Assembly: GCA_965261395.1 (NCBI GenBank)
Contig: OZ253462.1
Span: forward strand, 1,184,001-1,248,000
Length of the DNA: 64,000 bases
Direction of reading: 5' to 3'
Origin: Candidatus Latescibacterota bacterium
GTDB taxonomy: Bacteria > Latescibacterota > UBA2968 > UBA8231
Of this stretch, positions 56,901 to 64,000 are shown in pieces (position 1 is the stretch's first letter; every line of letters begins with the position of its first letter). A program made the position numbers and the translations under genes. Below the pieces are notes generated by a model that was given only the letters and a program-made list of their open reading frames with translations, was not told where the DNA came from and made no database searches.

Positions 56901-58276
56901 AAGCGCAGATCGGCCGCGAGATAGCGGTTGGCGAACAGGTGTAGATCTGCCGCGAGCGGCCCGAACTCCTCGCCCAATTCGCCGGGGAGATGGCTGGCTG
57001 TTAGCTGCAACGCCAGCGTATCGGGTTTGGCCTGCCCGGCGATAGCTATGGGTGCTGCGCCGCGCAAAAAGGATGCCGCCTGCAGCGTGCCCTTTAGCGC
57101 GAGGTCGTAGCTCCCCTCTAAGTCGGAAGAGCCGGTGGCCACCAACTCCAGCAGGGGCGATTGCAAGTCGAGACGAGTCGCCCCATCGGGCCGGTGCCAA
57201 GCCGTTATCTCGGCGTCGAATAGCTGATTGGGAATTAGATCCACATCGCGCAGGAGGGCGGCAAAGTCCGCGGCATAGCGCTGGTGCTGCAAATGCACTC
57301 CAGCCGCTAGATCGAATTCCACCCGTCCCGCAAAAGGGGCCGCTAGCGCGAGGTCAAGTCCCTCGCCCCGCAGTTGGGTCTGCAAGCTGTCGCGCGTAAA
57401 GAAATAAGTCGCCTCGCCCGTCAGGGTGCCGTCGAACAAAGAGACGAGCAGAGAATCTAGCACTAAGTGCGTGCCGTTGGCGCGCATGTCCCCTCGTAGA
57501 TCCACTGCGGAGACCACCGGCGCGCTGCCTTGGCCCCTGAGCGTCCCGCGCAGTTGCAGCGGCGTCAGCGCTCCGTCTATCTCCGCTGCTAGGGAACCCT
57601 GCGCGGAATCGGCTTCTACCGTCGCCGTGGCTTCCACCTGCAAAGGCCGCGGCAACTTCAGTCCCAAGGTAAACGAGGCGTGCAGGGCGACCCTTAGACT
57701 GTCGCTAATGCCCTCGGCCCGTACCTCCCCGCGGTCAATGCGGTGCGGACTGAGCGCGAGATCCAGTGTTAGCGAGCGCAAGGGCACTCCCTGCAAGTCG
57801 GACAAGGTCAGCTTTAAGTGCGCCGAGGTGTCTGCTATTGCGCGATACACGCCGTGCCAGTCCTGCGCCACGATCTGCGTCTTGCCCAACTGCCAATTGA
57901 GTGTACCGGCTGTCGCGCTGAGGTTGGGGTAGAAGGCGATAGGTAGCTCGATATCCGCGGCTACGACGGTCGTATTGACCGAGGTACGTGGCTCAATCCG
58001 CACCTTGGGTGCCTGCACTTCGATAGCCCAAGACCACGGCCGCACGGCGAGGTGCTCGACATCGACAACCACTCCCAACGCGGGGTTTTGGCAGCGCACG
58101 TCGGAAAAGGAAAACCCGTAGAGCAAGCCCCCCTCGCGACCACCGATGGAGACCTGCCATCTCCCAACTCCGCGCTCTAGCAGGTGCGCGAGCGCGGCAG
58201 GCCCTATGGGCGCGAGCGCGACGAGGCCGAGGACGGCACCTAAAACGGCCGCCGCCCCGAGCAGCTTTCTCTTCAT
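53975..58276 (-). CDS. TamB-like translocation/assembly module protein
   Basis: N-terminal anchor, long beta-rich repeats, DUF490-like C-terminus (AGKYL...REFR); overlaps the Omp85 start. Confidence 0.8.
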   Translation of the reverse strand: MKRKLLGAAAVLGAVLGLVALAPIGPAALAHLLERGVGRWQVSIGGREGGLLYGFSFSDVRCQNPALGVVVDVEHLAVRPWSWAIEVQAPKVRIEPRTSVNTTVVAADIELPIAFYPNLSATAGTLNWQLGKTQIVAQDWHGVYRAIADTSAHLKLTLSDLQGVPLRSLTLDLALSPHRIDRGEVRAEGISDSLRVALHASFTLGLKLPRPLQVEATATVEADSAQGSLAAEIDGALTPLQLRGTLRGQGSAPVVSAVDLRGDMRANGTHLVLDSLLVSLFDGTLTGEATYFFTRDSLQTQLRGEGLDLALAAPFAGRVEFDLAAGVHLQHQRYAADFAALLRDVDLIPNQLFDAEITAWHRPDGATRLDLQSPLLELVATGSSDLEGSYDLALKGTLQAASFLRGAAPIAIAGQAKPDTLALQLTASHLPGELGEEFGPLAADLHLFANRYLAADLRLERDLLIARADIDLKDSEIDTLVADVDGLAVERVMPGLSGRLDADLRGGGGLTLDALRLGGRIATSRLEYAGWQTGELALDVGWDQGAARVSGGGAGVSVLAKLDVDEHLTAQADFADTLLRRVDGSVVALDGTLRWEGPLEDLDAAQAALALDSLLLRQGEWALQNYGPLQADYGDGRMDLTAVHLQTPVGLVGLSGWVGRDSLAVAAELPVLELSNLVPDLSAAGGGHLRVGGTLARPEAQGVVTLAEMRLDTLALGNARLRLALADSLLAEFTADAGVRLALTCPAAPLFGPGEAPAQLAIEAMAADLGPVLSYALGRPLYGRLDLDGHLEAALGDSMPSWRDLFGHIDVHGLAIESQASADSLRLDLLSGGRFALGEGRVALDSVAIGLRRYDRDRLALQPAGTLRLAGQLEGTKPSKVELALEDVDLAFFGGPKGLVQLDAEVSGTASAPQVAVDLAVETADLGELYGRLDGDRHGGDWHLNWTTLLNDSLTVIGRVPWDLQAGTLSLDESWLEAHSDGIGLLFLGDLIAELDHLDGRISADLRAEGLDSTLSLQGQIGVAGLEFALLDLEPIYALPDGQLQFNGRQVELVGFSVEKEPKRGFHSASLTGQLDLSRLDDPSFDLRLQAERMTSYYEAVGQSFKADDIDMDLSFAGSLSASKLAGRVRLDRPHSEASLVVLALPVPPPPSALRDEFLENMALAVEVDIRGLTLDSELAEVEASGAVEVGGTFYKPLFQGDITIDQGQVFVLNQRFDITQGRVVFNRLAPTKSILDVMYDPLQLNPTLDVEAKTEEIIDIQDDEKYVATLTLQGPAQKVVPQLSAKPSEGEIGDPLGTGGTVNLLAFRTANPDYAVAFGSTSDAFSTAAAVFGTTAGQLLSKQVEKVGLNEFTVLPSSEIAGAEPGAALRAGKYLGGLPLPLWVRYEALLKEMAKGEVRVEHKIKSFLTIFGLAQSEYDHYGLGIGLKREFR

Positions 58277-59100
58277 TCGGATTTGAGGCGGGTCAGGGCC
58301 TTGGACACGTGGAAGAGCGAGTCGGGCAACGGCGCGTACGCCATGGTCTTGATCTTGCGCTCTAGGCGGAACACTTGGCTGGACTTCTCTTGTCCGGGAA
58401 GCTTGACTGAAGCCGTCAAGGTCGAGCGCAGCGCGAAGCCTTTGAGTTCCTCGGCGTTTTCCAACTCATCGCTCAGGGCTTCGTGGTCTTCCAGCCCTTC
58501 TAGCCCTCCGCCGATTAGCGACGGATAGGACGTACTAGCATCCTGCAAGTCCAGAAACGCTGCGATTTTCTTAAAGCCGGGGAATTGCTTGGCAATGCAG
58601 GCATCGTACGTGTAGCGGTTTTCGCGACGGAGCTCTTGGGTTTTGGGGTCGAGGTAGCGGGCGCGCATCTGCGCGACGACCCGACGGCAGGGAATTCCAG
58701 CGATGCGCTCCGTTTCTCCCGGTACCTTGACCGCCAGGGCCATCTGCGCCCCACCGGGGGCAGCCTGCGGCTTGGCAACGGCCTTGCGCGCCGGGGCTTT
58801 CTGCTGGACGAAGGTCTGTGCCGTCAGGTCGATTTCGTACACTTGCGCTTGGTCCAGCCGCAAGATGGTGCTGGTGTTGAGGGACTGGCCCTGGTGCCGG
58901 AGGGCCTTTGCCGTTTTCGCGTCGGCCTCAATTAGCTGCTCGACCCGCTGGCTCTTGCCCTTGATGTAAATTTTGTTGGTCGTTTTACGCGCTCCAGTTT
59001 TGTCTTTGCCAAAGCCTCGATTGACGACCTCTTCCTCGAAATACACATCGGCACCGGCGCTCGCCGCGCTGGCGAGCAATGCACATAACAGCAAAATCAT
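58273..59100 (-). CDS. Secreted hypothetical protein (DUF4412-like)
   Basis: Signal peptide MILLLCALL; GETERIAGIPC motif, LPDSLFHV end. Confidence 0.65.
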   Translation of the reverse strand: MILLLCALLASAASAGADVYFEEEVVNRGFGKDKTGARKTTNKIYIKGKSQRVEQLIEADAKTAKALRHQGQSLNTSTILRLDQAQVYEIDLTAQTFVQQKAPARKAVAKPQAAPGGAQMALAVKVPGETERIAGIPCRRVVAQMRARYLDPKTQELRRENRYTYDACIAKQFPGFKKIAAFLDLQDASTSYPSLIGGGLEGLEDHEALSDELENAEELKGFALRSTLTASVKLPGQEKSSQVFRLERKIKTMAYAPLPDSLFHVSKALTRLKSE

Positions 59101-59161
59101 GCTCGCACTCTCCTGTGGTAAGGTGGAAGAATAATATAGCGAAACGCAGTTGCTATCCCAT

Positions 59162-59197
59162 AAACAAAAGGCCCCTGCCCGCAAGGGCGAGGGGCCT
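59162..59197 (-). terminator. Intrinsic terminator after the zinc peptidase gene
   Basis: AGGCCCCTCGCCC-TTGC-GGGCAGGGGCCT followed by TTTGTTT on the minus strand. Confidence 0.7.
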
Positions 59198-59221
59198 CGG
59201 AGCTTCTTGCCGCGCCTGTTG

Positions 59222-59896
59222 TTATTCGTCCGAGCCGCGCATGAGCAACAGACCCACTAGGTTTAGCACGGCGGTCGCAGCCGCGGCTACATAGGTCATG
59301 GCTGCTGCATTGAGCACCCGCCGGGCCGAGCGCACCTCGTCGTTGGCTAGGTAGCCTTGAGAGAGGATGGCCATGGCCCGCGAGCTGGCGTTGAATTCCA
59401 CCGGCAGGGTGACGATTTGGAACAGTACCGCGCCGGCGAAGAACATGATGCCGATATTCATCAGGCCGGTGGCCCCGAAGAACATCCCCGCCAGAATCAG
59501 GGGGAAGCCCAGCGTCGAGCCCAAGTTGGCGACGGGCAGGATCGCGTGCCGAAAGTTGAGCGGCACGTAGCCGTGGGCGTGTTGGATCGCGTGGCCGACC
59601 TCGTGCGCCGCCACGGCCAAGCCGGCTAGATGGTGACCGTGGAAGTTGTCCGAAGAAAGGCGCACGGCTTTGGCGCGGGGGTCGTAGTGATCGGAAAGCA
59701 TCCCGCCCGTCTCCTCGACCGACACGTCGTAGATGCGTTGCTGGTGCAGGATGCGCCGCGCGGTCTCAGCGCCCGAAAGCTGCGCGGCCGAAGCCACTTG
59801 GCTGTACTTTTTGAAGGCGCTGCGGACCCGCATCTGGGCCCAAGCGACCAAGATCATCGGCAGAATGAAAAACGGATTGAAAAGAAACGAAAACAT
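59222..59896 (-). CDS. Neutral zinc metallopeptidase (YugP/Zn_peptidase_2 family)
   Basis: LSDHYDP, AAHEVGHAIQH, TLPVEFNAS, AAAMTYVAA. Confidence 0.92.
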   Translation of the reverse strand: MFSFLFNPFFILPMILVAWAQMRVRSAFKKYSQVASAAQLSGAETARRILHQQRIYDVSVEETGGMLSDHYDPRAKAVRLSSDNFHGHHLAGLAVAAHEVGHAIQHAHGYVPLNFRHAILPVANLGSTLGFPLILAGMFFGATGLMNIGIMFFAGAVLFQIVTLPVEFNASSRAMAILSQGYLANDEVRSARRVLNAAAMTYVAAAATAVLNLVGLLLMRGSDE

Positions 59897-60002
59897 CTCC
59901 TCATCTCCTCAGTATACGAAGGGCTTCTATTGGGACGCGAAAGGGGCGCTCCGAGTTTCTAGCGAGAATAACGAAAGCACCTGAAAATCGCAAGAAAAGG
60001 GC

Positions 60003-60665
60003 CTAAACCTTCTCTTCAGCTTCAGCAGGCAGGAAAAGGGCCGGGGGTACGACGACGCCGGCCGAGACGATCATCTTTAGGGCTTCTTCGACGCCGAGGT
60101 CGGTGGGACGCAATTGTTCGGGCGGCACGATGAGCATAAAGCCGGTGGTGGGATTGGGGGCCGTGGGCACGAAGATGCTGTGCGCCGGCGCTGCTGCGGC
60201 CTCGCGGGGGACGTTGCCGGCCAGAAAGCCCAAGGTCCACAGCCCGGTGCGCGGATATTCGACGAGTACGACTTTCTCGAAGCCAGCCTTGCCCGGGGAG
60301 GTGAGCGTTTCCATGAGCTGCTGCACGGGCGCGTAGATCGTGCGCACCAACGGCAGACCCTCTAGCGCTTCGCGTGCGTATTGCCACAGGCTGCGGCCAA
60401 CCACGTTGGCGGCGAATGCGCCGACGACCCACAGAATGATAAAGGTCAGCACAAAGCCCAAGCCGGGAATGTGGAACTCGGGATAGCCGAACGGCTTAGC
60501 CACTTGGCGAATCAACGGTGCGGAGAAGCCGTCGGCCCAGTTGAACAGCGTCTTGAGCACCCAGCCGGTAACCCACAGGGGCGCGATAATCGTCAGGCCG
60601 GCCATTATCGTGCGCCGAAGCCGCTGTAGCCGAGTGGGGCTTTTGCGCGGAGGCGTCTCACTCAT
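60003..60665 (-). CDS. DUF502 membrane protein
   Basis: VVLVEYPR, FVPTAPNPTTGF, VEEALKMIVSAG. Confidence 0.9.
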   Translation of the reverse strand: MSETPPRKSPTRLQRLRRTIMAGLTIIAPLWVTGWVLKTLFNWADGFSAPLIRQVAKPFGYPEFHIPGLGFVLTFIILWVVGAFAANVVGRSLWQYAREALEGLPLVRTIYAPVQQLMETLTSPGKAGFEKVVLVEYPRTGLWTLGFLAGNVPREAAAAPAHSIFVPTAPNPTTGFMLIVPPEQLRPTDLGVEEALKMIVSAGVVVPPALFLPAEAEEKV

Positions 60666-60790
60666 AGCATAAATACCTCATATAAATTGACATTTTTTGA
60701 ATATCCAACTGAGTCAAATTACTGTCAATACAAGGGATGCGCCTGTGCGCAAGGCTTACGTTTTTTGCGCGGTAGCCTATTTTATCTTTT

Positions 60791-61459
60791 ATGACGGCCA
60801 TTCTACTCAGCGGCGGCATGGACTCGACCACCTTGCTCTGGTGGCTGAAAGCGCGACAACAAGGCCCCATCCACGCCATTAGCATTGACTACGGCCAGCG
60901 CCATCGCATCGAGTTGGAATGCGCCGCCCGCCTCGCCCGCCGCGCCGAGGTTGCGGCCCACGAGACGCTGGCGTTGGATTTGGCAGCCCTAGGGGGCAAC
61001 CCGCTGACCGATCCCACGTTGGATGTGCCCGCCGCTGAGTCCAAACGCCAACGCGACACCGTCGTCCCCTTCCGCAACATGCTCTTTGCAACGCTAGCGG
61101 CGGCGTATTGCGCAACAAAGGGCATTTCCGATCTGTATATGGCACCGGTCAAAGACGACTACGCGGCTTACCGAGACTGCCGTCGCCCCTTTTACGACAG
61201 CCTCGCACAGAGCCTGCGCTTGGGGGCTGCCGACGACGCGCCTTGGGCGATCCACACGCCCTTTGTCAAACTGTGGAAACGGGACATCGTTGCCATCGGG
61301 CTCAAACTCGGCGTTCCCTACGGGGAAACCCACACCTGCTATGAGGGCTTGCGGCCGGCCTGCGGCTTGTGCGACGCCTGCTGCGAGCGGCGCGCGGCTT
61401 TTGCGGCGAACCGAGCTTGTGACCCTTTGGCGTATGCCGCTGGTGAGAGGACGCTGTGA
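60791..61459 (+). CDS. queC: 7-cyano-7-deazaguanine synthase
   Basis: SGGMDS PP-loop, YGQRH..E, VPFRN, YRDCR, TCY..CGLCDAC zinc motif. Confidence 0.92.
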   Translation: MTAILLSGGMDSTTLLWWLKARQQGPIHAISIDYGQRHRIELECAARLARRAEVAAHETLALDLAALGGNPLTDPTLDVPAAESKRQRDTVVPFRNMLFATLAAAYCATKGISDLYMAPVKDDYAAYRDCRRPFYDSLAQSLRLGAADDAPWAIHTPFVKLWKRDIVAIGLKLGVPYGETHTCYEGLRPACGLCDACCERRAAFAANRACDPLAYAAGERTL

Positions 61460-62106
61460 CTGCCCGCGAGACAACGCTGCAGATGCCAGCCGAAGAGCGC
61501 GCCGAGCGCCTGCCGGTATGGAACGACTCGGGATGTGTCCTACAGATCAACGAGATTTTCTACTCGATTGAGGGCGAGGGACTGCGCGTCGGCGAGCCTA
61601 CGATCTTTGTGCGCTTGGCGCGCTGCAATTTGCGCTGTCCGTTCTGCGACACGGAGTTTGACCGCTTCACGCCAATGGACATCGAGGACATTGCCGCCGA
61701 GGTGGCGCGCCACCCGGCCGAATGGGTGTGCTTGACCGGCGGCGAGCCGTTGGGCCAAAATCTCGTGGCGCTGGCTGGCCGGCTCAAAGAAGCGGGCTAC
61801 AAGCTCCACATTGAGACCAACGGCACGATCGCACCCGAACCGGTGCTATTCGAGCTGATTGACCATTGGACCGTGTCGCCGAAATGCTATCCGGTCGTCG
61901 CTGGTTTTGCGCGCATTACCGAGCTCAAATACGTCGTCGGCAGGGCTTTTCGCGAGGAGCGCGTCGAGGAGCATCGCGCCGACTTCGTCTATTTGCAGCC
62001 CGAATCCTCCGAGCCGCGCTACGTGCAGAAGGCCCTTGAGATCCTCAAGCGCCATCCGCGCTGGCGGCTCTCCACTCGCATCCACAAGACGCTCGGCCTG
62101 CCTTGA
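61456..62106 (+). CDS. queE: 7-carboxy-7-deazaguanine synthase (radical SAM)
   Basis: EIFYSIEGEG, CNLRCPFCDT, TGGEP, IETNG, TVSPK, LQP; overlaps the queC stop. Confidence 0.92.
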   Translation: MTARETTLQMPAEERAERLPVWNDSGCVLQINEIFYSIEGEGLRVGEPTIFVRLARCNLRCPFCDTEFDRFTPMDIEDIAAEVARHPAEWVCLTGGEPLGQNLVALAGRLKEAGYKLHIETNGTIAPEPVLFELIDHWTVSPKCYPVVAGFARITELKYVVGRAFREERVEEHRADFVYLQPESSEPRYVQKALEILKRHPRWRLSTRIHKTLGLP

Positions 62107-62118
62107 GCAAACGCGATC

Positions 62119-62154
62119 CGCAGATGGACGCAGATGGACGCAGATGGACGCAGA
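62119..62154 (+). repeat. 10-bp tandem repeat (CGCAGATGGA) x3.6
   Basis: Read directly in the intergenic region after queE. Confidence 0.85.
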
Positions 62155-62220
62155 ATAGTCTTCAGAGAATACATGGCGCGAGTTTTTCAAATCATTCACC
62201 ATTGCTAAAAAGGAGATCCC

Positions 62221-63084
62221 ATGCCCGACGTAGCTGAAATTTACAAGTTCGACGAGCTTACTTGGCCCGAAGTCAACCAAGCCGTAGCCATGGGCAAAAT
62301 TCCCATCATACCCACTGGCTCGGTTGAACAACACGGCCACCACCTCCCACTCAAGGTGGATCACCTCTGCGCCAATGCGGTGGCAACGGAAGCCGCGCGC
62401 CTAAAGCCCGAGCTCGCCCTCGTCCTGCCGCCCGTGAGCTACGGCTATGTCCACCACGTGATGGACTTTCCGGGTTCACTCAACATTCACTACGAGCACT
62501 TCATCCAATACGTGCTCGACATCACCAAGAGCTTGGCCTATCACGGCTTCAAGAAGATGATCCTCGTCAATGGCCACGGCTCCAACCACAACCTCGTGGA
62601 CATGGTCGCTCGGCGCACCATAGTCGAGACCGACGCGAGCTGCACGTTTTGCTCGTGGTGGCATTTGCTCCGGGTCCATCCCGGCTTTGACGAAAAGTGG
62701 CGCGAGAGCGTGTTCCCGGGCGGTTGTTCGCACGCGGGCGAGCTGGAGACTTCGATGCTGCTGTATCTCGCGCCGGAGAGCGTGCGCCAGGACAAGATCA
62801 AGAGCGAGATCGCCAAGACGAACAAGCTCGGCTCAAAGTTCTTGTACACCGACCTTTTTGGGCACGGGCCGATGGGCTTGATCGAGTGGACGAGTCAGTA
62901 TTCGGATAGCGGGGTGATGGGCGAGGCGGAGAAGGCCACGGCCGAAAAGGGCAAAATCGTCTTTGAGGAGGCGAGCCGGAACTTGGCCGAATTTGTCGAG
63001 GAATACCACGCGATGAAGATTGAGCCGCGCACTCGGAGACAGGACGAAGAGCCGACCTTTCCGCTGTCGTTTCCGACGGATTAG
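62221..63084 (+). CDS. Creatininase-family amidohydrolase
   Basis: EQHGHHLP, NGHGSN, SHAGELETS, SGVMG..A...KG. Confidence 0.9.
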   Translation: MPDVAEIYKFDELTWPEVNQAVAMGKIPIIPTGSVEQHGHHLPLKVDHLCANAVATEAARLKPELALVLPPVSYGYVHHVMDFPGSLNIHYEHFIQYVLDITKSLAYHGFKKMILVNGHGSNHNLVDMVARRTIVETDASCTFCSWWHLLRVHPGFDEKWRESVFPGGCSHAGELETSMLLYLAPESVRQDKIKSEIAKTNKLGSKFLYTDLFGHGPMGLIEWTSQYSDSGVMGEAEKATAEKGKIVFEEASRNLAEFVEEYHAMKIEPRTRRQDEEPTFPLSFPTD

Positions 63085-63156
63085 ACGGCGGAGGAAATAG
63101 CAGTGTAGCTACTGCTGATCTGTTACCTTCGATGTCGAGACATCCTAAGCCGCAGC

Positions 63157-63633
63157 CTATGCGCCGGGCCAACCCAAAGCGAGGGCCCTTCTATAAAAGA
63201 GAATACCCCCTATAAGAGCGCCTGCGATCACATAGTCTATAATCCGCTTGCCCCCTCCGTTACCTTGGTGGTCCATTCTCGGAGAAGACACTTCTGGCCG
63301 CACTGGGAGGTCCGGGACCATGGTTTGCCCGGCGTTACTGCTAGCACGGTCCTTACTCGGCACCGAGTTGGCATCCCCCGATGGCCTATGCTCTGTAACC
63401 GAGGAAACGCGCTTCCTAAGAGAGTCGCCGAGCAACGGGCCGGGCTGGTCGGCCGGGCTGGCAGCAGGCGTCTGTGTGAAAAGGCCAAGATCGCGGTCGA
63501 AAGAGGAATGGACTGGCGGTTTCAGATCGTGCAGCGGCAACACATAAGGTCTCAACGAAAGTCCGGCGTAGCGGGTCGTATCTGCCTCTGTCTCGCCGAT
63601 CAGGATTATAGCTAACAACGCCACTATGACCAT
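63157..63633 (-). CDS. Hypothetical protein with N- and C-terminal hydrophobic segments
   Basis: ORF with signal-like start and a C-terminal TM segment; atypical composition. Confidence 0.35.
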   Translation of the reverse strand: MVIVALLAIILIGETEADTTRYAGLSLRPYVLPLHDLKPPVHSSFDRDLGLFTQTPAASPADQPGPLLGDSLRKRVSSVTEHRPSGDANSVPSKDRASSNAGQTMVPDLPVRPEVSSPRMDHQGNGGGKRIIDYVIAGALIGGILFYRRALALGWPGA

Positions 63634-63754
63634 TCTATACGTCTCATTTTTGAGCCCTTCATCGGTAGGAGCTTGTTGTGCCCCTGCGGGGCTGGCGTAG
63701 TTATAGCTCTGCTTGGGTCGCAGCCTGCCCGCTTTCTTCTCATAGCCCGCGCAC

Positions 63755-64000
63755 CTATTGCGCCTCTTTTGGTCCTTCGGTAGCAGTGAGAATTTCTTTC
63801 CGTAGCTCCCAAGCCCAGTGGGGAGCGTCCGGTTGGAGTGTGAAGCTCCCGCGCTCCTTGCTGCCTATCGCTCTCGGTTTCGCCCGGCTGTTGTCGAGTA
63901 CCAAGACGTCGTCTAGGGTGTTCCAAGTTCGTGCAAGGTTGCGCTGGCAAGCATACCAGCGCCGTTTGATTTCCTCTTCGGGTACGTGGTGACCAACCCG
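63755..64000 (-). CDS. 3' end of zeta-toxin-like/COG4185-type P-loop protein (runs off the window end)
   Basis: Own translation RVGHHVPEEEIKRRWYACQRNL...VLVLDNS...EAQ*; the GH.vPe..i.RR and DNS motifs are typical. Confidence 0.65.
   Translation of the reverse strand, partial: RVGHHVPEEEIKRRWYACQRNLARTWNTLDDVLVLDNSRAKPRAIGSKERGSFTLQPDAPHWAWELRKEILTATEGPKEAQ

Noticed and set aside
62119-62154. Possible CRISPR array
   Set aside because: 10-bp units with no spacers, and no cas genes in the window

Overview
GC-rich (~60-65% by eye) bacterial chromosome segment dominated by small-molecule and carbohydrate catabolism: four intact and two broken PhyH-like Fe(II)/2OG dioxygenases, SDRs, two enolase-superfamily enzymes, creatininase-family amidohydrolases, a hydantoinase/oxoprolinase pair, GH32, a sulfatase and Asp-box propellers. 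It also holds ssrA (tmRNA), ilvD, tamB-tamA and queC-queE. The gene repertoire resembles Latescibacterota/Poribacteria-type marine or sponge-associated bacteria (inference only). Main observations: (1) a ~10 kb island at the tmRNA 3' end (37887-47927), bounded by a ~130-bp diverged direct repeat and carrying an IHF consensus site but no integrase, whose cargo is a patchwork of genes and gene fragments; (2) an operon pairing a GH32 that lacks the canonical acid/base Glu with a PhyH-like enzyme that has a halogenase-type H-G-G iron motif, plus an SDR and an uncharacterised large membrane protein; (3) many deletion scars, including an in-frame deletion in ilvD, a deleted AAA ATPase and a type ISP R-M remnant; (4) marked CCWGG depletion in resident genes but not in some island genes. 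All family assignments come from motif recognition by eye; no database search was run.
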